Source: Desulfobulbus propionicus DSM 2032 (GTDB lineage: Bacteria; Desulfobacterota; Desulfobulbia; Desulfobulbales; Desulfobulbaceae). Taken from it: a DNA stretch of 32,000 nt. The position numbers were made by a program, and so were the translations under genes. The DNA lies in assembly GCF_000186885.1 (NCBI RefSeq), contig NC_014972.1, positions 3,630,001 to 3,662,000 of the forward strand. Reading direction: 5' to 3'. The notes below the pieces were generated by a model. That model ran no database searches and was not told the origin of the DNA. It saw only the letters and a list, made by a program, of their open reading frames with translations. Shown in pieces: positions 21,949 through 30,238 of this stretch (position 1 is its first letter; the number at the start of each line of letters is the position of its first letter).

Positions 21949-23883
21949 TCACTGGGTTGTGTTTGTACCTATCCCTCGATAGGTAATGGCGAGCATGGTC
22001 ACGTCGTCGGACTGCGGCGCCCCTCCGGCGTGCCGGGCGACATCCGCCCGGATGCCATGAATGATCTCCGCCAGTTCCCGATCCGCCCTTTCCTGCAGGG
22101 CCGCCAGCAACCGCGATTCGCCGTAGGGTTCCTCTTGTCCGTTTTTCGCTTCGGTCACCCCGTCGGTATACAGAAACAGGACCTCCCCCGGCAACAGGGT
22201 GATCCGCTCGCTTGCATACACCGCCTCCTCCATGGGACCAAGGACAAATCCCGCCCGGACCGACAGGAGCCGCGCCGCTCCTCCGCTGATCAGCACCGGC
22301 GGATTGTGGCCGGCATTGGCGAAACGGACCTCGCCGCTGGTCGTGTCGAGGATGGCGCAGAACACGGTGGTGAACATGCAGCTGTCGTTGTCCGCGGCCA
22401 GGATGGTGTTGACCCGGGACAGGATCCGGTCCGGCTCGCCAAGCATCTGCCCCTCGGCCTTGAGCAGGGTCTTGACCACCATCATGTAGAGGGCGGCCGG
22501 GACCCCCTTGTCGGCCACGTCGGCGATCAAAAAACAGAGGTTGTCCTGGTCGACGAAGAAAAAGTCGTAGAAATCGCCACCCACCTCCTTTGCCGGATCC
22601 ATAGCGGCGAAGACATCGAACTCGGGCCGGTCGGGAAAGGCGGGAAACAGGCGGGGCAGCAGGCTGGCCTGGATGTCGGTGGCCATCTTGAGTTCGCTCT
22701 GGATGCGCTCCTTGGCGGCAGTGGTTTCGGTCAGGTTGCGGATATATTCTTTGAGGGCCGTGGTCATGGCGGCAAAGGCCAGGGTCAGCTTGCCCACCTC
22801 GTCGCGCACCCGTACGGGCGGCAAGTTGGTGTCAAAGTGGCCTGCGGCGATCCCCTCCGTTGCCTTGGCCAAGGCACCAAGCGGGGCGGTGACGGTGCGG
22901 GCGATGAAAAAGACCATGATGGTCAACAAGCCAATCCCTCCCAGGGCAATACCGGTCACGGTAAAGGTGAGACGATGGACATCCGCATACATCTCCGCTT
23001 TGGGAAAAACGACCGCCAAGGTCCAGCCGGTGGAGGGAATCGGGGCGTAGTACATCCAGGTGTCGACGTTGCGCAGGTTGGTATAGGCGACCAATCCCGA
23101 TTCGCCGCGCGCCATTTTCCTGCCGATCTCGCGGAGTTCCGGACTGTTGCGCGATTCGGCGAGACTGAAGATGGTTTCGTTCATGATCAAATTGCGGTCA
23201 GGATGGGTCAGGAAGGTGCCGTTGCGGGAGAGGAGGAAACTGTAGCCCGTGTCCAGCACCCGGATGGAGGCCACCAGCCTGGTCAGCCACTCCAGGGAAA
23301 CATCGGCCACCACAACGCCGCGCACCGCTTTCTCCTTGCCCTGGTCCATGAAAATCGGGACCGAGCAGCTGGTCATCAGGATCTCGCCGCTGGTCTCGTC
23401 GTCATAGGGCTCGCTCCACGCCTGTTCCCGCAGCTCCTTGGCAATCTGATACCAATCCTGCTGCAGATACTGGAAATTCTCCTCTGGAGCGAAGAGCAGC
23501 TGGTCGCCTTGCCTATAAAAATAGGGAACCACCGGACAGGGCGGGTTGAAGGCGGGATCGGGTTCAAAGGCCACCCCAAGGCCATGGATCTCACGGTTCT
23601 CGATCAGGGTCCGCCGCAGAAGGAGCGACAATGACTGGTCGGAGGTCACCCCTGTCTCCACGGAGCGCCCCACGCCTTCGGCGACCTTGCCAATGGCGCG
23701 CAGGGTGGCCTCCATCCTGTTCACCGAGGCCAACACCAGTTTCTCGGCATTGTTCTCCACTTCTCGTTCCAGGGCCACTCGGGAACGGTGATAAAAATAG
23801 CTGATGGCCACGGAAAAAATCAGGATGGTGCAGACCGAGACCACCAGCGTGAAGGTGGAGGCGATGGTTCTAGCGGCGAACAT
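21949..23883 (-). CDS. Membrane sensor PP2C/SpoIIE-type serine phosphatase with Cache-like and HAMP domains
   Basis: Two TM segments flanking a periplasmic domain (LDTGYSFLLSRNGTFLTHPD), a HAMP-like region, then MATDIQASLLPRLFP, AMDPAKEVGGDFYDFFFVD, DVADKGVPAALYMM and LFLYTDGVTEAKN. Start placed at MFAARTIAS (23883). Confidence 0.92.
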   Translation of the reverse strand: MFAARTIASTFTLVVSVCTILIFSVAISYFYHRSRVALEREVENNAEKLVLASVNRMEATLRAIGKVAEGVGRSVETGVTSDQSLSLLLRRTLIENREIHGLGVAFEPDPAFNPPCPVVPYFYRQGDQLLFAPEENFQYLQQDWYQIAKELREQAWSEPYDDETSGEILMTSCSVPIFMDQGKEKAVRGVVVADVSLEWLTRLVASIRVLDTGYSFLLSRNGTFLTHPDRNLIMNETIFSLAESRNSPELREIGRKMARGESGLVAYTNLRNVDTWMYYAPIPSTGWTLAVVFPKAEMYADVHRLTFTVTGIALGGIGLLTIMVFFIARTVTAPLGALAKATEGIAAGHFDTNLPPVRVRDEVGKLTLAFAAMTTALKEYIRNLTETTAAKERIQSELKMATDIQASLLPRLFPAFPDRPEFDVFAAMDPAKEVGGDFYDFFFVDQDNLCFLIADVADKGVPAALYMMVVKTLLKAEGQMLGEPDRILSRVNTILAADNDSCMFTTVFCAILDTTSGEVRFANAGHNPPVLISGGAARLLSVRAGFVLGPMEEAVYASERITLLPGEVLFLYTDGVTEAKNGQEEPYGESRLLAALQERADRELAEIIHGIRADVARHAGGAPQSDDVTMLAITYRGIGTNTTQ

Positions 23884-24871
23884 CGGCCCCCCCCATGAAG
23901 GTTTCGTAATCGGGAACATCCTTGATGACCCCGTGGTCACGCAAAATGGCCGCGGCTGCCTGGTATCCCGGCGGCTGCAGGCGGCCAGGTGGTTCACCGT
24001 CGCTTGCCGGAGCCATCAAGTCGCGCATCCGCTCCAGCATCCATCGCTGGTGTGACCGGCTTGCAGGTACCTTGGCCTGCCGCATGATACGGAGGGTGAC
24101 GTCCAGGGTTTCTTCCGGAGCAGCAAAGGCGTATCGCCACCCTTCCAAGGATGCCCTGGCAAAGGCCTTGGCCAAGGCCGGATCCTGGCGATAGCGATGC
24201 TCCAAGGCATATAAGCCGTCCTCGGGAAAGGTGATGCCGTGCTCATGGAGAGAAAAAACCCGCAGTTCTTCCGGGTTGATCCCGGCATTGAGCATGGTGT
24301 GGTATTCATTGTACCACATGGCCGAGGCCGCATCGAGACCGCCCCGGAGAAACAGGTTGACGGTATAGGCCTGGGGGATCCGCCGTACCTGAAGGTGATA
24401 CCGGTCAAGGAAGGCCAGAATCGGCAGGGACAGTTCGCCGTCCCACACCCCGATTTTTTTTCCTTGAAGGTCCTTGGGCGTTCGGATGCCGCTTGCCGTG
24501 CGGACCACAAGCAGCAGGGAGGAACGCGGAACGATCTGCGCCAGGTTGACGAGTTTGAGCCCGGCATCATGCTGCTGCAGGGCGGTCGACAACCAGAGCA
24601 CGGCGAAATCGGCCTCACCGTTGGTCAGCGATTGTATCGCCGAGCGGCCCGGCCCCCCCGTGAGAATGGTCAGATCGATACCATGGCGGGCATAAATGCC
24701 CTTTTCCAGGGCCATATAATAACCGGCAAACTGAGCCTGCGGGCTCCACAAAGGCATGAGCCGCGCCTTTTTCAGGCCTGTTTCCGCAGAGGCTGGGGAA
24801 ACAAGGCCGGCGAACACGGCCAACCACACCATCAGGCACACGCAAACCGTGCGTCGGCGCGCTTTTCCCAT
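23870..24871 (-). CDS. Orphan ABC-type substrate-binding protein, NMT1/THI5/SsuA-like
   Basis: Signal peptide MGKARRRTVCVCLMVWLAVFAGLVSPASA, then KKARLMPLWSPQAQFAGYYMALEKGIYARHGIDLTILTGG...NGEADFAVLWLSTALQ. No permease or ATPase gene nearby. Confidence 0.88.
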   Translation of the reverse strand: MGKARRRTVCVCLMVWLAVFAGLVSPASAETGLKKARLMPLWSPQAQFAGYYMALEKGIYARHGIDLTILTGGPGRSAIQSLTNGEADFAVLWLSTALQQHDAGLKLVNLAQIVPRSSLLLVVRTASGIRTPKDLQGKKIGVWDGELSLPILAFLDRYHLQVRRIPQAYTVNLFLRGGLDAASAMWYNEYHTMLNAGINPEELRVFSLHEHGITFPEDGLYALEHRYRQDPALAKAFARASLEGWRYAFAAPEETLDVTLRIMRQAKVPASRSHQRWMLERMRDLMAPASDGEPPGRLQPPGYQAAAAILRDHGVIKDVPDYETFMGGADVRR

Positions 24872-24994
24872 GGTTGTTTCCTGTATTGGCGAGATCACCG
24901 CTGCTGTCTGAATCGACACATCGTCCCTCGACGGTGGAGAAAGAGCTGCCGCAAGACCATTCCATCGGTACAACCGCTTGACGGCAAAACATGA

Positions 24995-25070
24995 GGTCCT
25001 TGCCCCTCCGTCATGCCGCCTGGTTCTGCCGCGCAGGCAGCGATGAGCAGGCACATGCTTCAAAGGGACC
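24995..25070 (-). promoter_or_regulatory. Structured 5' leader of the 14-gene operon
   Basis: Read on the minus strand: outer GGTCC (25070-25066)/GGACC (24999-24995); nested CATG (25057-25054)/CATG (25015-25012), GCCTG (25052-25048)/CAGGC (25022-25018) and CTGCC (25040-25036)/GGCAG (25030-25026). Confidence 0.45.
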
Positions 25071-25080
25071 AACACGATCG

Positions 25081-25110
25081 ATTGTAGCTTAATCACCAAA
25101 ATGAAATCAA
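25081..25110 (-). promoter_or_regulatory. Sigma-70-like promoter for the 14-gene operon
   Basis: Minus strand TTGATT (25110-25105), 18-nt spacer, TACAAT (25086-25081), upstream of the first gene. Confidence 0.5.
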
Positions 25111-25290
25111 AAAAAATTCCACTTTCCCGATCCTTTTGTACAATGAACGCATGCAGGACCTGTCCATGCCGACCGACGGGCACAATTTTTCTTCCCCGGC
25201 GTGCGACTTCTCGCTCTTCATCGAACTAACCAAAAGCCGTTCGCCCCCCTCTTGCTGGCCGGAACGCGAACAAGGAACTTGTTATAGGGC

Positions 25291-25917
25291 ATGAAACGCT
25301 TCTCATCGATTTTTCATCGGAACGAGCCGCACACGGTGCAGGGAACAGGCAGGGTGAACGCACTCAGGGCAAGAAGATCAGCCCCTCGATTCCACGGGTG
25401 GAGCGTGCTCGCGGCAGTGGCGATCGTGTCGTTGCTGGGAGGCTGTGCCGGCAAATCCGTGGTGCGCGTGATGGACACGACCGCCTATTGCGGCTGTGCA
25501 ATCTGCTGCAGCTGGGAAAGGGGCAGCTGGACCTATCTCAAGTTGGATTTCTGGAATCGCTATGTGAGCGCTGGCCCCCAGGCAGGGCGGCCCTATAGCG
25601 GTTTGACGGCCCGGGGGACCAGCCCCCATGAACCTGCCGCCGGACTCTTTTCCTGGGACACGGTGGAGCGTCCGTGGATGCTCCCCCTTCGTCTATTGCC
25701 CTGGTCATGGTTTCCCGAAGATGGCACCATTGCCGCCGATACCCGCTATTATCCGTTCGGCACCAGGATGTATGTTCCGGGATACGGGTGGGGGACTGTG
25801 GAAGATCGGGGGGGCGCCATCAAGGGCAGGGATCGGATTGATTTGTTCTTCGATTCCCATGACGACGCCCTCCTGTGGGGACGGAAAAAAGTGGAAGTGC
25901 GCATCGAGTACCCTTGA
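25291..25917 (+). CDS. 3D-domain (MltA C-terminal-like) lipoprotein
   Basis: Lipobox VSLLGGCAG; MDTTAYCGCAICC, AADTRYYPFGTRMYVPGYGWGTVEDRGGAIKGRDRIDLFFDSHDDAL is the 3D domain pattern. Confidence 0.88.
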   Translation: MKRFSSIFHRNEPHTVQGTGRVNALRARRSAPRFHGWSVLAAVAIVSLLGGCAGKSVVRVMDTTAYCGCAICCSWERGSWTYLKLDFWNRYVSAGPQAGRPYSGLTARGTSPHEPAAGLFSWDTVERPWMLPLRLLPWSWFPEDGTIAADTRYYPFGTRMYVPGYGWGTVEDRGGAIKGRDRIDLFFDSHDDALLWGRKKVEVRIEYP

Positions 25918-25982
25918 TGGCATCGTGGGCTTCTCGGCCGGCCGGAAGTCCTTCCACTTCCCGCCCCGGGCTGCCGGACAGC

Positions 25983-27515
25983 CTAACGATCTTTTTTGGG
26001 TTTATCCAGATAATCGATGCCCTCCTCGTGCAGCTCCTTGAGCTTGATTTCAATGCATTCGCAGAGGGTTTTCAGGATCTTGATACGGGCGAAATTCTTG
26101 TCGTTGGCTTCGACCAGGGTCCACGGGGCAAGCAAGGTGCTTGTCCGGTCAACCATGTCGCACACCGCCTGCTCGTATTCCTCCCATTTTTCCCGATTGC
26201 GCCAGTCCTCCTCGGTAATCTTGAAACTCTTGAATCCGGTCCGCTGTCGTTCCTCGAATCGCCGCAACTGCTCGTCCTTGGTGATGGCCAGCCAGAATTT
26301 GACGACCAGCAGGTGATGCCTGACCATCTGCGCTTCGAAATCGTTGATTTCGCCATAGGCCCGCATCCAATCGACCTCTGCGCAGAACCCCTCGACCCGT
26401 TCCACCAGTACCCGGCCGTACCAGGAGCGATCAAAGATGGTCACCCGGCCTTTCCGGGGAAGATGCCGCCAGAAACGCCACAGATAGGGCTGGGCACGCT
26501 CTTCCTCGGAGGGAGCGGCAATGGGAATGACCTGGTAGTAGCGGGCGTCCAACGCCCCGGTAATGCGGCGGATACTGCCTCCTTTGCCGGCGGCGTCGTT
26601 GCCCTCGAACACGGCGATCACCGACATGTATTTGAACTTGGGATCGCGGGTCAGCACATTCAGCCTGCCTTGATATTTTTCCAGCTGAACCTTGAATTTG
26701 TCCTTGCTCAACGCCTGCTTCATATCAAGCGTCTTGAGCAGATGCAGGTTGTCGATGGCGGGCATCAGCGGCGGCGCGAGAATCTTGGCAGGAACCACCT
26801 GTTCCTGTTCCAGCCTCTCCTGGATCGCCTTGAGAATCACCTTGCCCACGGTGAGGTTGCGGTAATGGGCATCTTCCCCTTCCACAATCAGCCACGGCGC
26901 CTCAGCCGTGCTGGTGTGGCGGATAACATGCTCATGCACTTCTTGAAATTTGTCGTAGGCCTTGAAATGCTTCCAGTCACGATCAGTGACCTTCCAGCGG
27001 GTCAACGGATTTTTTTCCAACTCCTTGAAACGTTTTTCCTGTTTCTTTTTGGAGAGGTGCAGCCAAAATTTGATTATCAAGGCCCCCTCATCCACCAGCA
27101 TTTTTTCCAACCGTTTGGCCCGTTCCATGCTTTGTTCAAGATCGGCGGCCTTGGTGCGGCCATTGACCCGGTTGAGAATAGGCCAAGTGTACCAGGAACC
27201 GAGAAAAACCCCAATCTTGCCCTTGGGCGGCAAGGCGCGCCAGAAGCGCCACATCATCGGACGATCGAGTTCCTCGTCGGAAGGCTCGCCCATGCCATGG
27301 GTTTGGATGTGGCGCGGATCCATCCATTCGTTGAGCAGATTGACGGTGGCCCCGCGCCCCGCGCCATCCAATCCTCCCACCAGGATAATCACCGGGAAAG
27401 CCGCGGATTCCGCCAGCCTCAGCTGCGCATCGAGCAGCGCCTCGCGCAGGGGAGGAACCTCTTGCTCATACACTGACTTTTTAATTTTGTGTCCTAATTC
27501 CGCCGATTCAAACAT
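25983..27515 (-). CDS. pap: Polyphosphate:AMP phosphotransferase (tandem PPK2 domains, class II)
   Basis: Two PPK2 modules: N-terminal VGGLDGAGRGATVNLLNEWMD (modified Walker A) and C-terminal FEGNDAAGKGGSIRRITGALDARYY...WRFWRHLPRKGRVTIFDRSWYGRVLVERVEGF. Confidence 0.9.
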   Translation of the reverse strand: MFESAELGHKIKKSVYEQEVPPLREALLDAQLRLAESAAFPVIILVGGLDGAGRGATVNLLNEWMDPRHIQTHGMGEPSDEELDRPMMWRFWRALPPKGKIGVFLGSWYTWPILNRVNGRTKAADLEQSMERAKRLEKMLVDEGALIIKFWLHLSKKKQEKRFKELEKNPLTRWKVTDRDWKHFKAYDKFQEVHEHVIRHTSTAEAPWLIVEGEDAHYRNLTVGKVILKAIQERLEQEQVVPAKILAPPLMPAIDNLHLLKTLDMKQALSKDKFKVQLEKYQGRLNVLTRDPKFKYMSVIAVFEGNDAAGKGGSIRRITGALDARYYQVIPIAAPSEEERAQPYLWRFWRHLPRKGRVTIFDRSWYGRVLVERVEGFCAEVDWMRAYGEINDFEAQMVRHHLLVVKFWLAITKDEQLRRFEERQRTGFKSFKITEEDWRNREKWEEYEQAVCDMVDRTSTLLAPWTLVEANDKNFARIKILKTLCECIEIKLKELHEEGIDYLDKPKKDR

Positions 27516-27658
27516 GCTTGGCCTCCTCGCGCTGCTGGGCAGTCACGACAATGAATCCACAATGTCCCCAGACCGATCACCGCACGCCGTTTCCTCGTCC
27601 GGCGCAGTTCCCGCCTGTTCCCCTTGACCGCCTTCCAGCTTGCCAGTACTCAAGCTAT

Positions 27659-27671
27659 CGACGTAACGTCG
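27659..27671. promoter_or_regulatory. 13-bp perfect palindromic site upstream of pap
   Basis: CGACGT-A-ACGTCG at 27659-27671, adjacent to a TATGAT box (minus strand, 27678-27673). Confidence 0.3.
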
Positions 27672-27975
27672 TATCATAGTTGATATGCCGCTTGTTTTCA
27701 CCAACTTGTCCCAAAAGAAATGCACCGAAGGCTTGCCTGCCACGTATGGCGGCACATCGGGTACCATCCAGAAGGAATGGAGGCAGGTCGGAGAGGGAAA
27801 ACGGAGACACTCCATGACTGCGAGGATCGACCCGCTTCGCGAGGGAGGCGTCGCCCCCAACCGTTGGCTATTTTTTCCTTGACAGGAACGGAGAGAAGAG
27901 AATTGACAGCCAAAAAAGATTCAGGCTAGAATAAGGACGTTCTGTGACATCGTCCCAATCACGCATTGAGGAATA

Positions 27976-28073
27976 TGGCGGAAGTGCATGGGAATCGAAC
28001 CCACCTGCCGGGCTATTCACCCGACACACCGGATTTGAAGTCCGGGAGAGCCACCAGAGCCCTTTCCACTTCC
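27976..28073 (-). tRNA. selC: Selenocysteine tRNA, anticodon UCA, CCA encoded
   Basis: Minus strand GGAAGTGGAAAGGGCTCTGG...CCCGGACTTCAAATCCGG...(long variable arm CGGG/CCCG)...GGTGGGTTCGATTCCCATGCACTTCCGCCA; anticodon loop CTTCAAA as in E. coli selC. Confidence 0.93.
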
Positions 28074-28186
28074 GACTGGCTATAACTTTTACTCGCTACC
28101 CAACAGAAAAACAATCGTTTCTTCTCGTTTTCCTAACCCCTTGACCGGGCACATTGTCCGCAACCGCAACGCACGCCTATTTTCCG

Positions 28187-28546
28187 ATGGAATGTGAACA
28201 ACTGATCCGACTCATTAAAGACTGGTACCTCAGGGTTAAGCAAGAAACCATGGCTCCGGCTCGGATGATGCAATTTGTCGACCAACACGTCAAAAACTGC
28301 TGCATCTGCCAGGCTGACCTCCTCCTGCCCGATGAGGTGGAAAAAATCAGAGAATTCGTTCTCCCGGAATCGAAGATCCCCAAGGCCTCGCGCTCGCTGG
28401 ACGATACGACCCCAGAAATTTCTCCCGGCGAGGAGGACGATTTTGATGAGGATGACGAGTACGTCGACGACACCGACGATGAGCTCGATGAAGACGATAT
28501 TGACGACGACGAAGAAGATGATCTCAGCGATGACGATGTTATCTGA
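28187..28546 (+). CDS. Small conserved-looking protein with hyper-acidic C-terminal tail
   Basis: MECEQLIRLIKDWYLRVKQETMAPARMMQFVDQHVKNCCICQADLLLPDEVEKIREFVLPES...EEDDFDEDDEYVDDTDDELDEDDIDDDEEDDLSDDDVI; could start at 28154 instead. Confidence 0.6.
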   Translation: MECEQLIRLIKDWYLRVKQETMAPARMMQFVDQHVKNCCICQADLLLPDEVEKIREFVLPESKIPKASRSLDDTTPEISPGEEDDFDEDDEYVDDTDDELDEDDIDDDEEDDLSDDDVI

Positions 28547-28589
28547 TCCGTGTTGCCCTCTGTCGAGCATCAGCCGGTAGGGGATCCCC

Positions 28590-29573
28590 TTGCGTGCGCA
28601 ACAACACAGCGATCAGGGCAATACAACGAGACTGGTTGTCAGTCTCGTTTTTTTTTCCTTGCTCCTGGTTTGCGGTCCCATCGCTGTCCTGCCGGCGACC
28701 GCAGACAGCAAGGCGCACCCGATCTATGAGCGTGTTGTCTCGCTCAGTCCCTTGATCACCGAAAACATTTTTCTGCTCGGTGCGGGGAACAGCCTGGTCG
28801 GCAACACCATCTACTGTCAGCGACCGGAAGCGGCTCAGCACATCGAGAAAGTGGGTTCGGTCCAGGAATTGAGTCTCGAGAAGATCGTCAGCTTGAACCC
28901 CCAACTGATCCTGGCCAGCAACCTGACCCCGCCTCAAACGGTCGAGCAGCTGCGCTCCCTGGCGTTGCGGGTCGAGACCTTTGGCCAGCCCGCTTCCTTT
29001 GAGGATATCTGCAATCATTTCCTTAGATTGGGAGCAATACTCAACCGGAACGAATACGCCGTAGCCCTTGTTGATCAAGCCAGGCGCAAGGTCGATGCCG
29101 TTCGCCGTGCGGTGAGCTCGTTGCCGCGCCGCAAGGTTTTTCTCCAAGTCGGCGCCCATCCGCTGTTCTCCTCGGTACAGAGTTCCTTCACCCATGATTT
29201 CATTGAACTGGGGGGCGGCATCAATATCGCCGGCGAGCAGAAAACAGGCGCGATGAAAACGGAACAAGTCCTTGCCTTGAATCCAGATCTGATCATCATC
29301 GCGGTCATGGGTTCGGAAAATGGCATCGGTGCCGAGGAAAAGGCGCGGTGGATGCGCTTTTCCACCCTTGAGGCGGTCCGCGCCAATCAGGTCCACGTCA
29401 TGGATCCGAATCTGGTCTGCAGCCCCTCTCCCACCACCTTTGCCGATACCCTGGTGACCATTGCCCGCCTGATCCATCCGCAGGCGGCCATCGCCGCACC
29501 GGATGCAGCAGGTGGGCCGCACACGAGTTCAAACCACCTTCCCGTAGCCGAGGTTGGGGGGCGGCAGCAGTGA
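28590..29573 (+). CDS. Periplasmic binding protein, BtuF/FhuD-like (cobalamin/siderophore type)
   Basis: VVSLSPLITENIFLLGAGNSLVGNTIYCQRPEAAQHIEKVGS...LEKIVSLNPQLILASN...VFLQVGAHPLF...IELGGGINIAG. Confidence 0.85.
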   Translation: MRAQQHSDQGNTTRLVVSLVFFSLLLVCGPIAVLPATADSKAHPIYERVVSLSPLITENIFLLGAGNSLVGNTIYCQRPEAAQHIEKVGSVQELSLEKIVSLNPQLILASNLTPPQTVEQLRSLALRVETFGQPASFEDICNHFLRLGAILNRNEYAVALVDQARRKVDAVRRAVSSLPRRKVFLQVGAHPLFSSVQSSFTHDFIELGGGINIAGEQKTGAMKTEQVLALNPDLIIIAVMGSENGIGAEEKARWMRFSTLEAVRANQVHVMDPNLVCSPSPTTFADTLVTIARLIHPQAAIAAPDAAGGPHTSSNHLPVAEVGGRQQ

Positions 29574-30046
29574 CACCGCGATCAATCGGGCCCAAACACG
29601 GCGATCTGTGTTCGCTGGGGGAACGCCTCGCCGGGATCTACTCCAGGAAACAGTGGAACCGGCAGTGGCGCTTGTTTCAGCTGGCCCGCCAATGGCCCTC
29701 AATCGTCGGCGCCGATTATGCCCGGCTGACCACGCCTGCTTTTTTCCGCCAGCAGACCTTGTGGATCTATGTGCAAGATTCCTCCTGGATGCACCACCTC
29801 CAATTCGTTAAGCTTGACCTGCTGGCCCGAATCAACCTGGCGATGGACGATCAGCCGGTTGCGGATATTCGCTGGCAGCTGCAACCGCAAGAGTCAGCGC
29901 CGTCAGCGTCGCGCCCGACCATCCCCCCCACCGTCGATGTCGCGGAAGAACAATCCTTCCTGCGCATGGCCGAAGGTATCGCCAACCCGGAATGCCGCAC
30001 CGCCCTGCAGCGATTGTGGCGGACCTTTGCCGCCGCCAGGGAATAA
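29570..30046 (+). CDS. DUF721/DciA-like protein
   Basis: WRLFQLARQWPSIVGADYARLTTPAFFRQQTLWIYVQDSSWMHHLQFVKLDLLARIN matches the DUF721 pattern; GTGA overlap with the upstream stop. Confidence 0.75.
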   Translation: MTPRSIGPKHGDLCSLGERLAGIYSRKQWNRQWRLFQLARQWPSIVGADYARLTTPAFFRQQTLWIYVQDSSWMHHLQFVKLDLLARINLAMDDQPVADIRWQLQPQESAPSASRPTIPPTVDVAEEQSFLRMAEGIANPECRTALQRLWRTFAAARE

Positions 30047-30238
30047 CCTCATCCGCTCCACCGACAGCGTCCGATCCACTCGAGCCGTGTTGTCCAGAGG
30101 CTCTTGTCTCCTCCATCCAGCCGCCTTCCTTGAACAAATTTCCTCCCGACAAGGCGCATATTTTGCGCTTTGCCCGCAAATAGGCTATGTTGTCGGCTGC
30201 GTTTATCGTTTTGATTCCTTGAAACACCCGTGGCAAAC

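Noticed and set aside
21808-23634. 608-aa plus-strand ORF
   Set aside because: Antisense to the SpoIIE-type phosphatase gene, which has unmistakable motifs.
24872-25080. TPP riboswitch upstream of the NMT1/THI5-like SBP
   Set aside because: I looked for CTGAGA and the conserved CTGAT...GCGNAGGGA core in the leader and did not find them.
25875-27476. 533-aa plus-strand ORF
   Set aside because: Antisense to the polyphosphate:AMP phosphotransferase gene.
27516-27975. Possible hidden or TGA-split coding region between pap and selC
   Set aside because: Short frames on both strands show no coherent protein signature; more likely regulatory or intergenic.
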